The notes beneath the pieces are model-generated. The model had not been told where the DNA came from. It searched no databases and worked only from the letters and a program-made list of their open reading frames with translations. A stretch of 64,000 nt of DNA. Source: an uncultured Verrucomicrobiota bacterium (GTDB lineage Bacteria; Verrucomicrobiota; Verrucomicrobiia; Limisphaerales; UBA9464). Positions 46,878 through 55,751 of the stretch are shown one piece after another. Each line of letters begins with the position of its first letter. The first letter of the stretch is position 1. Made by a program: the position numbers and the translations under genes. Location of the stretch: contig CAIMMI010000051.1 in NCBI GenBank assembly GCA_903842505.1, forward strand, positions 3,290-67,289, written 5' to 3'.

Positions 46878-48566
46878 TTATTCGTCCTTGGCCTTTTCCT
46901 CGGCCGCCGCGAAGGCGTGCTCGAGGGCCACGAGGTCTTCGCCGGGCTTCAGCTGGTCGAGGAGCTTCTGCTCTTCCTTCAGCTGCTCAGCGGTGTAGTT
47001 CGCGGCCTTGATCGACAGACCGATGCGGCGCTCGGCGCGGTCGATCTTGATGACGCGGGCGGTGACATCCTGGCCGACCTTGAGAACGTTCTTGATCTTG
47101 TCGACGCGCTCCTCGGAGACCTGGGAGATGTGGACGAGACCGTCGATGTCCTGAGGCAGGCCGATGAAGGCGCCGAAGGAGGCGAGCTTGGTGACCTTGC
47201 CGGAGACGAGGTCGCCGACGCGGAAGTGCTTGTCGATATGCTCCCAGGGATCTTCGGAGAGCTGCTTCATGCCGAGGCTGATGCGCTGGTTGGCCTTGTC
47301 GACCTCGAGCACGGTGGCATCGACGACGTCGCCCTTCTTCAGGACTTCGCTCGGGTGGTTGATCTTGCGGGTCCAGCTCATGTCGGACACGTGGATCATG
47401 CCGTCCAGACCTTCCTCGAGTTCGAGGAACGCGCCGTAGCTGGTCAGGTTGCGGATCGGGCCATTGACCTTGGTGCCCGGCGGGTACTTGTCGTGAGCGA
47501 GGTCCCACGGGTTGGTCTCGAGCTGGCGGATACCGAGGGAGATCTTCTGCTCCTCGCGGTTGATGCCGAGCACGACGGCTTCGACTTCCTGGCCCTGCTT
47601 GAGGACATCGGAAGGCTTGGCGATGCGCTTGGTCCAGGACAGCTCCGTGACGTGCACGAGGCCTTCGACACCGGGTTCGACTTCGACGAACGCGCCGTAG
47701 GGAACGAGGTTGACGACCTTGCCCTTGACCTTGGTCCCGACCGGGTACTTCTGGTCGATGTTGTCCCAGGGATTCGCGCTCTTCTGCTTGAGACCGAGGG
47801 AGACGCGCTCCTTCTCGCGGTTGACGTCGAGGACGACGACGTCGATTTCCTGGCCGACCTTGAGCAGTTCGCTCGGATGGGCGAGGCGGCCCCAGGTCAT
47901 GTCGGTGATGTGCAGCAGGCCGTCGAGACCATTGAGGTCGATGAACGCACCGAAGTCGGTGATGTTCTTGACCGTGCCCTTGCGGATATCGCCGGGCATC
48001 ATCTCGGTGAGGAGGGCGGAGCGGCGGGCGTTACGCTCGGCCTCGACGAGTTCGCGGCGGCTGAGCACCACGTTCTGGCGGTCGGGGTTGAGCTTGACGA
48101 CGCGGAACTCGTAGGTGTTGCCGACGTAGCCGAGGAGGTTCTTGGGCGGGACGACGTCCACCTGGGAGGCGGGGCAGAAAGCCTCGACGCCGATGTTGAT
48201 GATCAGGCCGCCCTTGACCACGGCCTTGACCTTGCCGTGGACCGTGCCGCCTTCGTTGCAGATGGTCTGGATGCGGTCCCAGTTCTGCTGGAATTCGGCC
48301 TTTTCCTTGGAGATGTGGATGTTGCCATCCTTGTCCTCGGGGCGCTCGATGAGGACATCGACGATGTCACCCACCTTGACGGTGTCGAAGTTCTCGAACT
48401 CGGAGGAGGAAACGATGCCCTCCGACTTTCCGCCGACGTCCACAAGGACTTCCTTGGGTCGGACTTCGATGATGGTTCCCTTGACGATCTGGCCGGCGAC
48501 GAACTGCCGGTTGTACTGCTTGAGCAGGTCCGCGAAGGACGGTGTGCTTTCTGCCATGGACGACAT
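46878..48566 (-). CDS. rpsA: 30S ribosomal protein S1
   Basis: A series of S1 domains (G.IVKGTI, G.V.G.V, GFLP/AFCP-type strands). Length and order are typical of RpsA. Begins MSSMAESTPSFADLL. Confidence 0.95.
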   Translation of the reverse strand: MSSMAESTPSFADLLKQYNRQFVAGQIVKGTIIEVRPKEVLVDVGGKSEGIVSSSEFENFDTVKVGDIVDVLIERPEDKDGNIHISKEKAEFQQNWDRIQTICNEGGTVHGKVKAVVKGGLIINIGVEAFCPASQVDVVPPKNLLGYVGNTYEFRVVKLNPDRQNVVLSRRELVEAERNARRSALLTEMMPGDIRKGTVKNITDFGAFIDLNGLDGLLHITDMTWGRLAHPSELLKVGQEIDVVVLDVNREKERVSLGLKQKSANPWDNIDQKYPVGTKVKGKVVNLVPYGAFVEVEPGVEGLVHVTELSWTKRIAKPSDVLKQGQEVEAVVLGINREEQKISLGIRQLETNPWDLAHDKYPPGTKVNGPIRNLTSYGAFLELEEGLDGMIHVSDMSWTRKINHPSEVLKKGDVVDATVLEVDKANQRISLGMKQLSEDPWEHIDKHFRVGDLVSGKVTKLASFGAFIGLPQDIDGLVHISQVSEERVDKIKNVLKVGQDVTARVIKIDRAERRIGLSIKAANYTAEQLKEEQKLLDQLKPGEDLVALEHAFAAAEEKAKDE

Positions 48567-48840
48567 TGCCGGTCCGACAAGGAACCGGCTCAGATACTGC
48601 GAACTGGGGAGGCTCTTGCGGGGCGAAGGACAGGGTGCCCCTTGGAAGACTCCGTGCCTAACGATTCACCGACGTTGCGGTTGGCAACGGAGGTTGACGG
48701 TTAGGTTCCTAGTTTATCGACTTTTCTCAGCCCAGAATGGCTCCGCACACGCGGAGCCGGGCACCGGCGACGTTAGGCATTGCCGCAGGGGCGACAAGCC
48801 TGATTTGGGGGGAAAGCCGGAAGTTTCGAGTTTCCGGCCG

Positions 48841-49107
48841 CCCGCGTTCTGACGTCCGCGGCTACCAGGGTAGCCGACGACGTGAGGAGGCGGTGTTTCG
48901 GGTTGGGCGGCAGCGAGGACCCGCGTCCTGACGTCCGCGGCTACCAGGGTAGCCGACGACGTGAGGAGGCGGTGTTTCGGGTTGGGCGGCAGCGAGGACC
49001 CGCGTCCTGACGTCCGCGGCTACCGGGGTAGCCGACGACGTGAGGAGGCGGTGTTTCGGGTTGGGCGGCAGCGAGGACCCGCGTCCTGACGTCCGCGGCT
49101 ACCGGGG
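48841..49107. repeat. 79-bp tandem repeat, 3 full units plus a 29-30 bp partial unit
   Basis: Units start at 48841, 48920, 48999 and 49078, with only two substitutions among the full units. Each unit contains a Fam-D-type imperfect hairpin (TGACGTCCGCGGCTACC / GGTAGCCGACGACGTGA). Confidence 0.95.
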
Positions 49108-49111
49108 ATGA

Positions 49112-50452
49112 CTACGGAACGATTGGCTTCGGCTGGGCGGCCTCCCATTCGGCCTGGGTGACGGTCTTGTCTGAATGGGTGAAGACGAACACGCCGCGTT
49201 TGTTGCCGACGAGGATGTCGGGCTTGCCGTCGCCATTGTAGTCGGCGGCCTTCACCTCGACGCCGGTACCGGAGGCGTCGTCGATCAGGTGGGGGATGAA
49301 GTCGACCGACTTGTCTGCGCTGCGCTTGAGCTGGAACCAGTACAGGACCGGGGTGGAGTTGGGCTCGGGATCACCCGCGGGGCCGTGGGCCCAGAAGCGT
49401 TTGCCGGTGACGATGTCCTTGAGGCCGTCGCCGTCCATGTCGACGAGGTCGATGCCGTGCAGCTGGGAGAAATGGACGCCGTACTTGTTCTCGGTGGGCA
49501 GCTTGTTGACGAAGATGTGTTCCTTGAACTTGATCTCGGAGCCCTCGCGGTACTGCTCGAACCACGCGAGGCCGTAACCATGGCCTGCGAGGCTGCTGAT
49601 GACGTCGTTGAGTCCGTCGCCATTGACGTCATAGGCGTACATCTGGGCGCCACCGGTGCCGAAGGTGACCGGATGGTGCTTCCAGACTGGGTCGCCGGCG
49701 AGGGACGCAGGCTGTTCCCACCAACCGTCCTTCTCCAGCAGGTCCATCTTCCCGTCGCCGTTCACATCGCCGACGCCCATGCCGTGGGTGAACTTGTGGT
49801 AGTTCTTGTTCGGCGTGACCGAGTGCCACTTGAACGGAGCGGTAGGATTGGCGGGATTGGGTTCGGCCCATCCGTAGAATCCCTTCGAGGAACAGACGAT
49901 CTCGGGGCGGCCGTCGCCGGTGATGTCGGTGAACGTCGGGGATTCGTTATCCGTGACGTCGAGCGCGACGTGGCGCTTCCAGTGGCCGCCGGCGCCCTTC
50001 GGGTTCTCGAACCACCAGGATTCCGCGCCGGGGAAGCCGAGGATCAGGATGTCGGTCCAGCCGTCCTTGTTGAAGTCGTGGGAGAAGCCGAAGAAATTAT
50101 CGGAGTACTCGTTTTCGTTTCCGAGGAAGCCCTTGAAGCCCGCGAACTCGACCGGTTGTCCATTCTTGGTGCTCTTGGACCGACGGGTTGCCGGGGCGAA
50201 CTCATGCCGGGTCTTGAAGTCCGGCCCCTGATACCAGTACGGGCCGGACACCACGTCCATCTTGCCGTCCCGGTTGAAGTCGCCGAAGCCGGCACCCTCC
50301 GACCAGAATTCGTCCGTGAGCTGCTGCTTCGTGAAGGTGTGGAGCGTGTGCTTGCCGCCGTGGCCGCTGGAGTTGGCTGTGGTGCAGCAACCGCTCGTCA
50401 GGACCATTCCGGCAAGCGCGGAGGCACCCAGCATCCATTTCGGGGAAATCAT
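49112..50452 (-). CDS. FG-GAP/VCBS-repeat lipoprotein
   Basis: Lipoprotein-like signal (..GMVLTSGCC). Seven FG-GAP-type motifs: GDFNRDGKMDVV, DFNKDGWTDIL, DITGDGRPEIV, GDVNGDGKMDLL, YDVNGDGLNDVI, VDMDGDGLKDIV and ADYNGDGKPDIL. Confidence 0.8.
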   Translation of the reverse strand: MISPKWMLGASALAGMVLTSGCCTTANSSGHGGKHTLHTFTKQQLTDEFWSEGAGFGDFNRDGKMDVVSGPYWYQGPDFKTRHEFAPATRRSKSTKNGQPVEFAGFKGFLGNENEYSDNFFGFSHDFNKDGWTDILILGFPGAESWWFENPKGAGGHWKRHVALDVTDNESPTFTDITGDGRPEIVCSSKGFYGWAEPNPANPTAPFKWHSVTPNKNYHKFTHGMGVGDVNGDGKMDLLEKDGWWEQPASLAGDPVWKHHPVTFGTGGAQMYAYDVNGDGLNDVISSLAGHGYGLAWFEQYREGSEIKFKEHIFVNKLPTENKYGVHFSQLHGIDLVDMDGDGLKDIVTGKRFWAHGPAGDPEPNSTPVLYWFQLKRSADKSVDFIPHLIDDASGTGVEVKAADYNGDGKPDILVGNKRGVFVFTHSDKTVTQAEWEAAQPKPIVP

Positions 50453-50515
50453 GCCCCCTTTGTCGCGACCTCGCCCCGCAGGGTCAAGGCTTGTGGAGCT
50501 CCAAGTTCCCCGTTT

Positions 50516-51352
50516 TCAGGGCAGGGGCTTCCAGGCGAGGTGACGGTAGCGGTCGTAGACCCAGCGGAAGTCCACATTCTTGCCGTTGCCACCGGTCCAG
50601 AAGAAGCTCTCCTTGCCTGCCGACGAGTCCTTGGCCGCCTTGATGGTCGCGGCATCGATCCACTTCCTCGCCTCGGAATGACCGTCGGCGAAGGCGAAGG
50701 TGCTGACGTTGCCATGGAAGACGGCGAAGGGATCGACCCAACCGGCGGGGCTGACGTCGATGACCCAGGTACCGTTGTTGTAGCTGCGGGGATCGGCTTC
50801 CTCGACGAAGACCATCGAGTTGGAGGGTTCCTGGATGTCGGTCGACTTGGTGAAGAGCTTGATGCCGCCCCACCCGATTCCGTTCATGCCGTCGGCCTTC
50901 GAGTAGCTGTCATAGGCCCAGCCGCGTCCGGGTTTGTTGTTCTTGGTGCGGAGGTCACCCGGGCAGTGGTAGGCCTGATAACCCGGGCAATACTTGCCGA
51001 GGGGGGAGTTGGTGAAGCCGTTCTGGACGCGCCGCATGGCTTCGGTCACCGAGATCCCGGCGGCGATGGCGGGCGTCGGCCCGCGCCAGAAGCCACCGGC
51101 CACGAGTTCGACGCCATTGCCGGGGCGGGTGGCGGTGATCTGCTCGCGGTTGTCGTCCACGTACATTTGCCAGGCGAGGATCATCTGCTTCTCGTTGCTG
51201 AGGCAGACGGCGCCAGTGGCCTTGGCCTTGGCGCGGGCAAGGCCGGGAAGGAGCATGCCAGCCAGGATCGCGATGATGGCGATCACGACCAGCAGTTCGA
51301 TGAGGGTGAAGCCTGCGGAAGGTCGCAGCCGACGCGGGTCAGGGGTGGTCAT
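50516..51352 (-). CDS. DUF1559 / H-X9-DG pseudopilin-like protein
   Basis: ATG 51352 gives [53 protein letters not shown] (H-X9-DG) is near the C-terminus. Confidence 0.85.
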   Translation of the reverse strand: MTTPDPRRLRPSAGFTLIELLVVIAIIAILAGMLLPGLARAKAKATGAVCLSNEKQMILAWQMYVDDNREQITATRPGNGVELVAGGFWRGPTPAIAAGISVTEAMRRVQNGFTNSPLGKYCPGYQAYHCPGDLRTKNNKPGRGWAYDSYSKADGMNGIGWGGIKLFTKSTDIQEPSNSMVFVEEADPRSYNNGTWVIDVSPAGWVDPFAVFHGNVSTFAFADGHSEARKWIDAATIKAAKDSSAGKESFFWTGGNGKNVDFRWVYDRYRHLAWKPLP

Positions 51353-51412
51353 CGTGAAACAGAATCCTCGGGTTATCGGCGTATGCCATCCCCGGAATGG
51401 GGTAATGGGTAA

Positions 51413-51453
51413 GAAGTTCCGAGCTTTCAGCTTCAAGGTTCAAGTTTCAAATC
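51413..51453. repeat. Fam-A unit
   Basis: GAAGTTCCGAGCTTTCAGCTTCAAGGTTCAAGTTTCAAATC. Confidence 0.75.
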
Positions 51454-51488
51454 TGGCCAGCGGAGGAATTCCAACGGCGGCGCGGGTT

Positions 51489-52223
51489 TCAGGCTGTTTT
51501 GCCGAGGAATTCGCGGGTGCGCGGATGGGTGGGATGATCGAGCAGTTCGGTTGGGGAGCCGGACTCGACGATTGATCCGCCGTGGAAGAAGACGATGCGG
51601 TCGGCGACGTCGCGGGCAAGCTGCAGGTCGTGGGTGACGAGGAGCATGGTGAGACCGTCGTCGGCGAGACGGCGGAGGACGTCGCGGACCTCCTCGCGGA
51701 GTTCGGGGTCGAGGGCGGAGGTGGGTTCGTCGAGGAGGAGGGCGCGCGGTTTCATGGCGAGGGCGCGGGCGATCGCGACGCGCTGCTGCTGTCCGCCGGA
51801 GAGTTGGGAGGGGCGATGGTGGGCGCGATCGGCGAGGCCGACGCGGGCGAGTAGGTCGAGGGCTTCGGCTTCGACCTCGCGGCGAGGGCGGCCGAGGACG
51901 TGGACCGGGGCTTCGAGGATGTTTTCGAGGGCGGAGAGATGGGGGAACAGGTGGAACTGCTGGAAGACCATGCCGGCGCGGAGCCGCAGCTGTCGCTGGG
52001 TCTCGCGCTGGACGGGTTTGGAGGCGTCGATGGTGACGTCGTCGATGGTGACGCGGCCGGAGTCCGGGCTTTCGAGCTGGTTGAGGCAGCGGAGGAAGGT
52101 GGACTTGCCACAGCCGGATGGACCGATGAAGACGACGGATTCCGAGGCGGCCTGGCGCAGGTCGACGCCGTTGAGGACGCGGTGGGAGCCGAACGACTTG
52201 GTGAGTTGTTCAACGGTGATCAT
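51489..52223 (-). CDS. amino-acid ABC transporter ATP-binding protein
   Basis: Walker A GPSGCGKST, signature LSGGQQQRVAIARAL and Walker B LLLDEPTSALD. Polar amino-acid (GlnQ/ArtP-like) type. Confidence 0.92.
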   Translation of the reverse strand: MITVEQLTKSFGSHRVLNGVDLRQAASESVVFIGPSGCGKSTFLRCLNQLESPDSGRVTIDDVTIDASKPVQRETQRQLRLRAGMVFQQFHLFPHLSALENILEAPVHVLGRPRREVEAEALDLLARVGLADRAHHRPSQLSGGQQQRVAIARALAMKPRALLLDEPTSALDPELREEVRDVLRRLADDGLTMLLVTHDLQLARDVADRIVFFHGGSIVESGSPTELLDHPTHPRTREFLGKTA

Positions 52224-53742
52224 GCTGGAGTCGGCGTTCGAGGTGACGGGCGGCGAGGGAGGCTGCCCAGCTCAGGGTGAAGTAGATGGCGGCGGTCATG
52301 AGACCGAGGCCGAGGTAGTCGCCGGTGTCGATGGCGCGGATCTGGAACTCCTTGGTGAGTTCGACCAGGGCGATGACGGAGACGATGGACGAGTCCTTGA
52401 ACATCGCGATGAAGTCGTTGGTGACGGAAGGCAGGGAGATGCGGAGCGCCTGGGGCAGGAGGATCCGGCGGAGGGCGACGCGTCGTTTCATGCCGAGGGC
52501 GAGGGCGGCCTCCATCTGGCCGCGGGGAACTGCGAGCAACCCGGCGCGGTAGTTCTCGGCCTCGGTCGCGGCGTAGTTGAGGCCGAGCGCCAGGATGGCG
52601 GCGAGGCCGGCGCTGAGCTTGAGGCCAAGCTGTTGCGCGAGGCCGAAGTAGATGAAGTAAATCTGGAGGAGGAGTGGGGTGCCGCGGAACACCTCGATGT
52701 AGGCGGTCGCCGCCCAGCGGATCGGGATCGGTCCGTACTGACGGGCGATGGCGAGGCCCAGACCCCAGACGACGGCGAGGATCATGCCGCCGAAAGTGAC
52801 CCAGACGGTCGTCACCGCGGCGCGGAGCAGCATCGGCAGGTATGTGGCCCAGTCCTGGAGGGCCGAGCGCTGGACCCGGGCGACCTGCGTTGTTGGCTTC
52901 CAGGTCTTCAACGATTCCTGTTCGGGGCCCCAGAGCCCATAGCGCGTGTAGATCTTCTCGAGGGTTCCATCGGACAGCAGTTTTTCGATGGCCCCGTTGA
53001 TCCGGGCGAGAAGGTTGGTCTCGCCGGTGGGGACGGCGACGGCGTAGAAGCCGGGTTCGAAGGGCGCGCCGGCGGGTTGGAGCTTCGGGTTGCCGGCGAG
53101 GTTCACTTGCGCGATCGGGGAGTCGGTGAGGACCGCATCGAGGCGGCCGACCTCCAGGTCCCGGAAATAGTTCACGTTGTCCTGATAGACGCGGATCTCA
53201 GCTGTCCCCTGACGTTCGAGGAGTCGGTGGGAAGCGGTGGCGGAGAGGACGCCCACGGCGCGGCCCTTGAGGTCAGCATGGGAACGGACGTTGGTCTCGC
53301 CGGCGCGGACGACGAGTTGCTGGGCGAAGACGAAGTACGGCCGGGACATCGCGGCCTTGCCGAGGTTCTCCGGCGTGCGCTCGAGTCCGGCGATGACGAT
53401 GTCGAAGCTCCCTGCCTGACGTAGTGCGGGCAGAAGCATGTCCCAGTTGTTCTGGACGAATTCATCGCGGACATCGAGTTGGCCGGCGAGGGCGGAGGCG
53501 AACTCGACCTCGAAGCCGATGAGACGGTTGGCGTCGTTCTCCGGGTGATAGATGTAGGGCGCGCCGCCCTCGGCATCGTCTCCCCATCTGAGCGTGCCGC
53601 GGGAGCGGACGTCCTCCCACAGGTCCGCCCGGGCGGTGGGCGTGGCGAGGCCTGATCCCAGGGCGAACAGGATCGCGAGGAAGAGCCTCCAAGGGAGGTT
53701 GGGAATGGGCCGTGGAAGACACGGCGCAGACGGGTTGTCCAC
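52210..53742 (-). CDS. fused amino-acid ABC transporter substrate-binding domain + permease
   Basis: The N-terminal ~270 aa resemble a family-3 solute-binding protein (LRWGDDAEGGAPYIY.., FDIVIAGLERTPE). The C-terminal half is a His/Glu/Gln/Arg-type permease (EVFRGTPLLLQIYFIYFG, EAALALGM). GTG start, with a 14-nt overlap onto the ATPase gene. Confidence 0.88.
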   Translation of the reverse strand: MDNPSAPCLPRPIPNLPWRLFLAILFALGSGLATPTARADLWEDVRSRGTLRWGDDAEGGAPYIYHPENDANRLIGFEVEFASALAGQLDVRDEFVQNNWDMLLPALRQAGSFDIVIAGLERTPENLGKAAMSRPYFVFAQQLVVRAGETNVRSHADLKGRAVGVLSATASHRLLERQGTAEIRVYQDNVNYFRDLEVGRLDAVLTDSPIAQVNLAGNPKLQPAGAPFEPGFYAVAVPTGETNLLARINGAIEKLLSDGTLEKIYTRYGLWGPEQESLKTWKPTTQVARVQRSALQDWATYLPMLLRAAVTTVWVTFGGMILAVVWGLGLAIARQYGPIPIRWAATAYIEVFRGTPLLLQIYFIYFGLAQQLGLKLSAGLAAILALGLNYAATEAENYRAGLLAVPRGQMEAALALGMKRRVALRRILLPQALRISLPSVTNDFIAMFKDSSIVSVIALVELTKEFQIRAIDTGDYLGLGLMTAAIYFTLSWAASLAARHLERRLQHDHR

Positions 53743-53770
53743 GGCGCGTGATAAGGGGTCGGGTTGGGGA

Positions 53771-53894
53771 GAGATTCAAGATTGAAGATTCAGGTTTCAA
53801 GGCCGGTCACGAGGCGGGACTTCTCACCGCCTCCTGACGTCGTCGGCTACCCCGTGCAGGCTGCTTGAATCTTGAATCTGAAAACTTCGGACTC
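53771..53894. repeat. Fam-A inverted arms enclosing a Fam-D hairpin
   Basis: GAGATTCAAGATTGAAGATTCAGGTTTCAAGG ... GTCACGAGGCGG / CCGCCTCCTGACGTCGTCGGCTACC ... GCTTGAATCTTGAATCTGAAAACTTCGGACTCC. Confidence 0.85.
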
Positions 53895-53901
53895 CGCCCC
53901 C

Positions 53902-54390
53902 TCAGTCGAGCAGTTCGATGGGGTCGCCGATGCGGGCGTGGCCGGACTCCAGGACTCGGGCGATGATGCCTTGGTTCGGGGCCTCCATGAGGGTCCGGAG
54001 TCCCGGGGCGATGGCATCCATCTTCTCACAGGGTGTGCGGGGTTCGACAACCAGGAGGACGGCGGTGCCCACGCGGAGACGGCGTCCGACGGTGGCGGAA
54101 AAATCGATGCCGGAGGTCTCGATGTTGGATCGGGCGATGCCGGGAGCCAGTGGTGGAATGCCAAGGGCTGCGGCGTGGCGGGAGAGCGTCTCGCGTTCGA
54201 TCAGGGTGACCTGCCGTTTGGAGGGGCCACCGGTGCTCCGGCTCTTGCGGCCGAAGTAGCGTTGGTCGCCGCGGAGGCCGGCCTCGGCGACGAACTCCAC
54301 GGAATCGACGGAGGAGAGTCCCGTGCTGCGATCGGAGGGGTGCAGGTGGATCGAGGCGACGGTTCCGGAGGGGGCGGGGGATTGGCTCAT
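53902..54390 (-). CDS. MOSC-domain protein
   Basis: ATG 54390 gives MSQSPAPSGTVASIHL. QVTLIERETL, the RSNIETSGID-type segment and VVEPRTPCEKM (conserved Cys) fit the MOSC beta-barrel. Confidence 0.78.
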   Translation of the reverse strand: MSQSPAPSGTVASIHLHPSDRSTGLSSVDSVEFVAEAGLRGDQRYFGRKSRSTGGPSKRQVTLIERETLSRHAAALGIPPLAPGIARSNIETSGIDFSATVGRRLRVGTAVLLVVEPRTPCEKMDAIAPGLRTLMEAPNQGIIARVLESGHARIGDPIELLD

Positions 54391-55676
54391 ATCGAACGGA
54401 GGGCAGCCCAGAGGAACCACGCTCCACCGGCGGCCACGGCCACCGAACTCCAACGTTCGAGCGGGGTCACGCCCGGAGTGGCGAAAGGTTCGGGGGCAGG
54501 TTTCCGGAGGGCCTTGAAGATTCCGAAGAGCGGGGCGCCCACAGCGAGGTGGCCCAGTTCAACGCCGATGCAGAAGCCGAGGATGGTGATGGCGAGCGAC
54601 GTGGTGGGACTTTGTTGCAGCACTTCGCGCAGGCCTCCGGCGAAGCCCAGGCCGTGGATCAGTCCGAATCCAAAGGCGACCGCAAGGCGGCTGGAACCGG
54701 CGGCACCGGTTGGGGCGAGCACGTTCTGCAGGGCGACGAAGACGATGCTGCCGGCGATGATGGGTTCGACGATGGACGGCGGCAGGCGCACCCAACCGAG
54801 TGCGGCGAGCGTGACCGTGATCGAGTGGGCCAGGGTGAAGATCCCGATGATGGCGAGGAGACGTCGCCATGAACGGGACGCGAGGGCGAGGGCGGCCAGA
54901 AACAACAGGTGGTCGTATCCGGTGAGGACGTGATGCAGGCCGTGACGGAGGAAAGGACCGAAGGCGGCGAAGCCGGGGGCAGCGGGCGGATGTTCGACCT
55001 TTGCAGGCGGGTGGTTGGTGACGGGGGATGGCGCCGGAGCGGATACCGCAGTCGCGGAAGTTGAGAGCGCGGCTGAGGGCAGTTCGATGGTGACGGCGGC
55101 GTTCAGACGGACGATTTCCTGTCCGAGGGAGCGTCGGTTGGAATCAGCGACCAGCAGGACGTAGAAGGGATCCCATGGGATGCCGGGGGCATAGTTGTGT
55201 CCGTCCAGGGTCCGGTGGCGGAAGCGGGCGCGGAGTGGTCCAGAGGCGGAAGTGGCGTTGGTTGGGAACCGGCACTCGAGGTCGTAGGCGGCGTGGGTGA
55301 GGTCCGGGTACTTGTCGGAGTCCTCGGGTTCGGTGGAGTCCTCGAGGAGGAGTTGGTGGTCGAGTACCTCGAGGGACACGGCCTCGCCGCCGATTTCGAC
55401 GAAGAGGTGGGAAGCGACGTAGGCTGAGTGGTTGGAGACCGCGTTGCGGAGGGCGGGAAGGTTCGTCAGTTGGCTGGGCGCGAGCCCCTGGATCACGGCG
55501 ACTTCCCGGAGGGTCGCCGTGACGCGCATGGCGAGCCGGTTGGATTCCGCGAGGACCTGCCAGGTGTTGTTCAGGAACGGGTGTGCGCCTGCCGGCAAGG
55601 GCAGGAGCAGCAGGAGCAGCAGGAATTTTGTCAGGCGGCGTGCGACCACGATGGCGGTTAGTTGGGAGGGGGTCAT
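54387..55676 (-). CDS. HupE/UreJ-family membrane protein with a long N-terminal extracytoplasmic domain
   Basis: The C-terminal ~195 aa carry HupE/UreJ hallmarks (HVLTGYDHLLFLAAL, FTLAHSITV, FGLIHGLGFAG, GVELGHL). The N-terminal ~230 aa follow a signal peptide ending PAGA/HPF. The stop overlaps the MOSC start (ATGA). Confidence 0.75.
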   Translation of the reverse strand: MTPSQLTAIVVARRLTKFLLLLLLLPLPAGAHPFLNNTWQVLAESNRLAMRVTATLREVAVIQGLAPSQLTNLPALRNAVSNHSAYVASHLFVEIGGEAVSLEVLDHQLLLEDSTEPEDSDKYPDLTHAAYDLECRFPTNATSASGPLRARFRHRTLDGHNYAPGIPWDPFYVLLVADSNRRSLGQEIVRLNAAVTIELPSAALSTSATAVSAPAPSPVTNHPPAKVEHPPAAPGFAAFGPFLRHGLHHVLTGYDHLLFLAALALASRSWRRLLAIIGIFTLAHSITVTLAALGWVRLPPSIVEPIIAGSIVFVALQNVLAPTGAAGSSRLAVAFGFGLIHGLGFAGGLREVLQQSPTTSLAITILGFCIGVELGHLAVGAPLFGIFKALRKPAPEPFATPGVTPLERWSSVAVAAGGAWFLWAALRSI

Positions 55677-55751
55677 TCCCGGATTCAAGTCCGATGCTTG
55701 GGTGTCGGCGTTTGGGAACCGTTGTGCATGGAGAACCGTCCGGGTGCGGTC

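Noticed and set aside
46761-48704. 647-aa ORF on the + strand
   Set aside because: It is antisense to rpsA. Its composition is D/E/G/L/V-rich and artefactual.
48841-49107. Possible CRISPR array
   Set aside because: The 79-bp units abut each other with no unique spacers and are nearly identical throughout. No cas genes are present. It is a plain tandem repeat.
49175-51412. 745-aa ORF on the + strand
   Set aside because: It is antisense to the FG-GAP and DUF1559 genes, both of which have clear family motifs.
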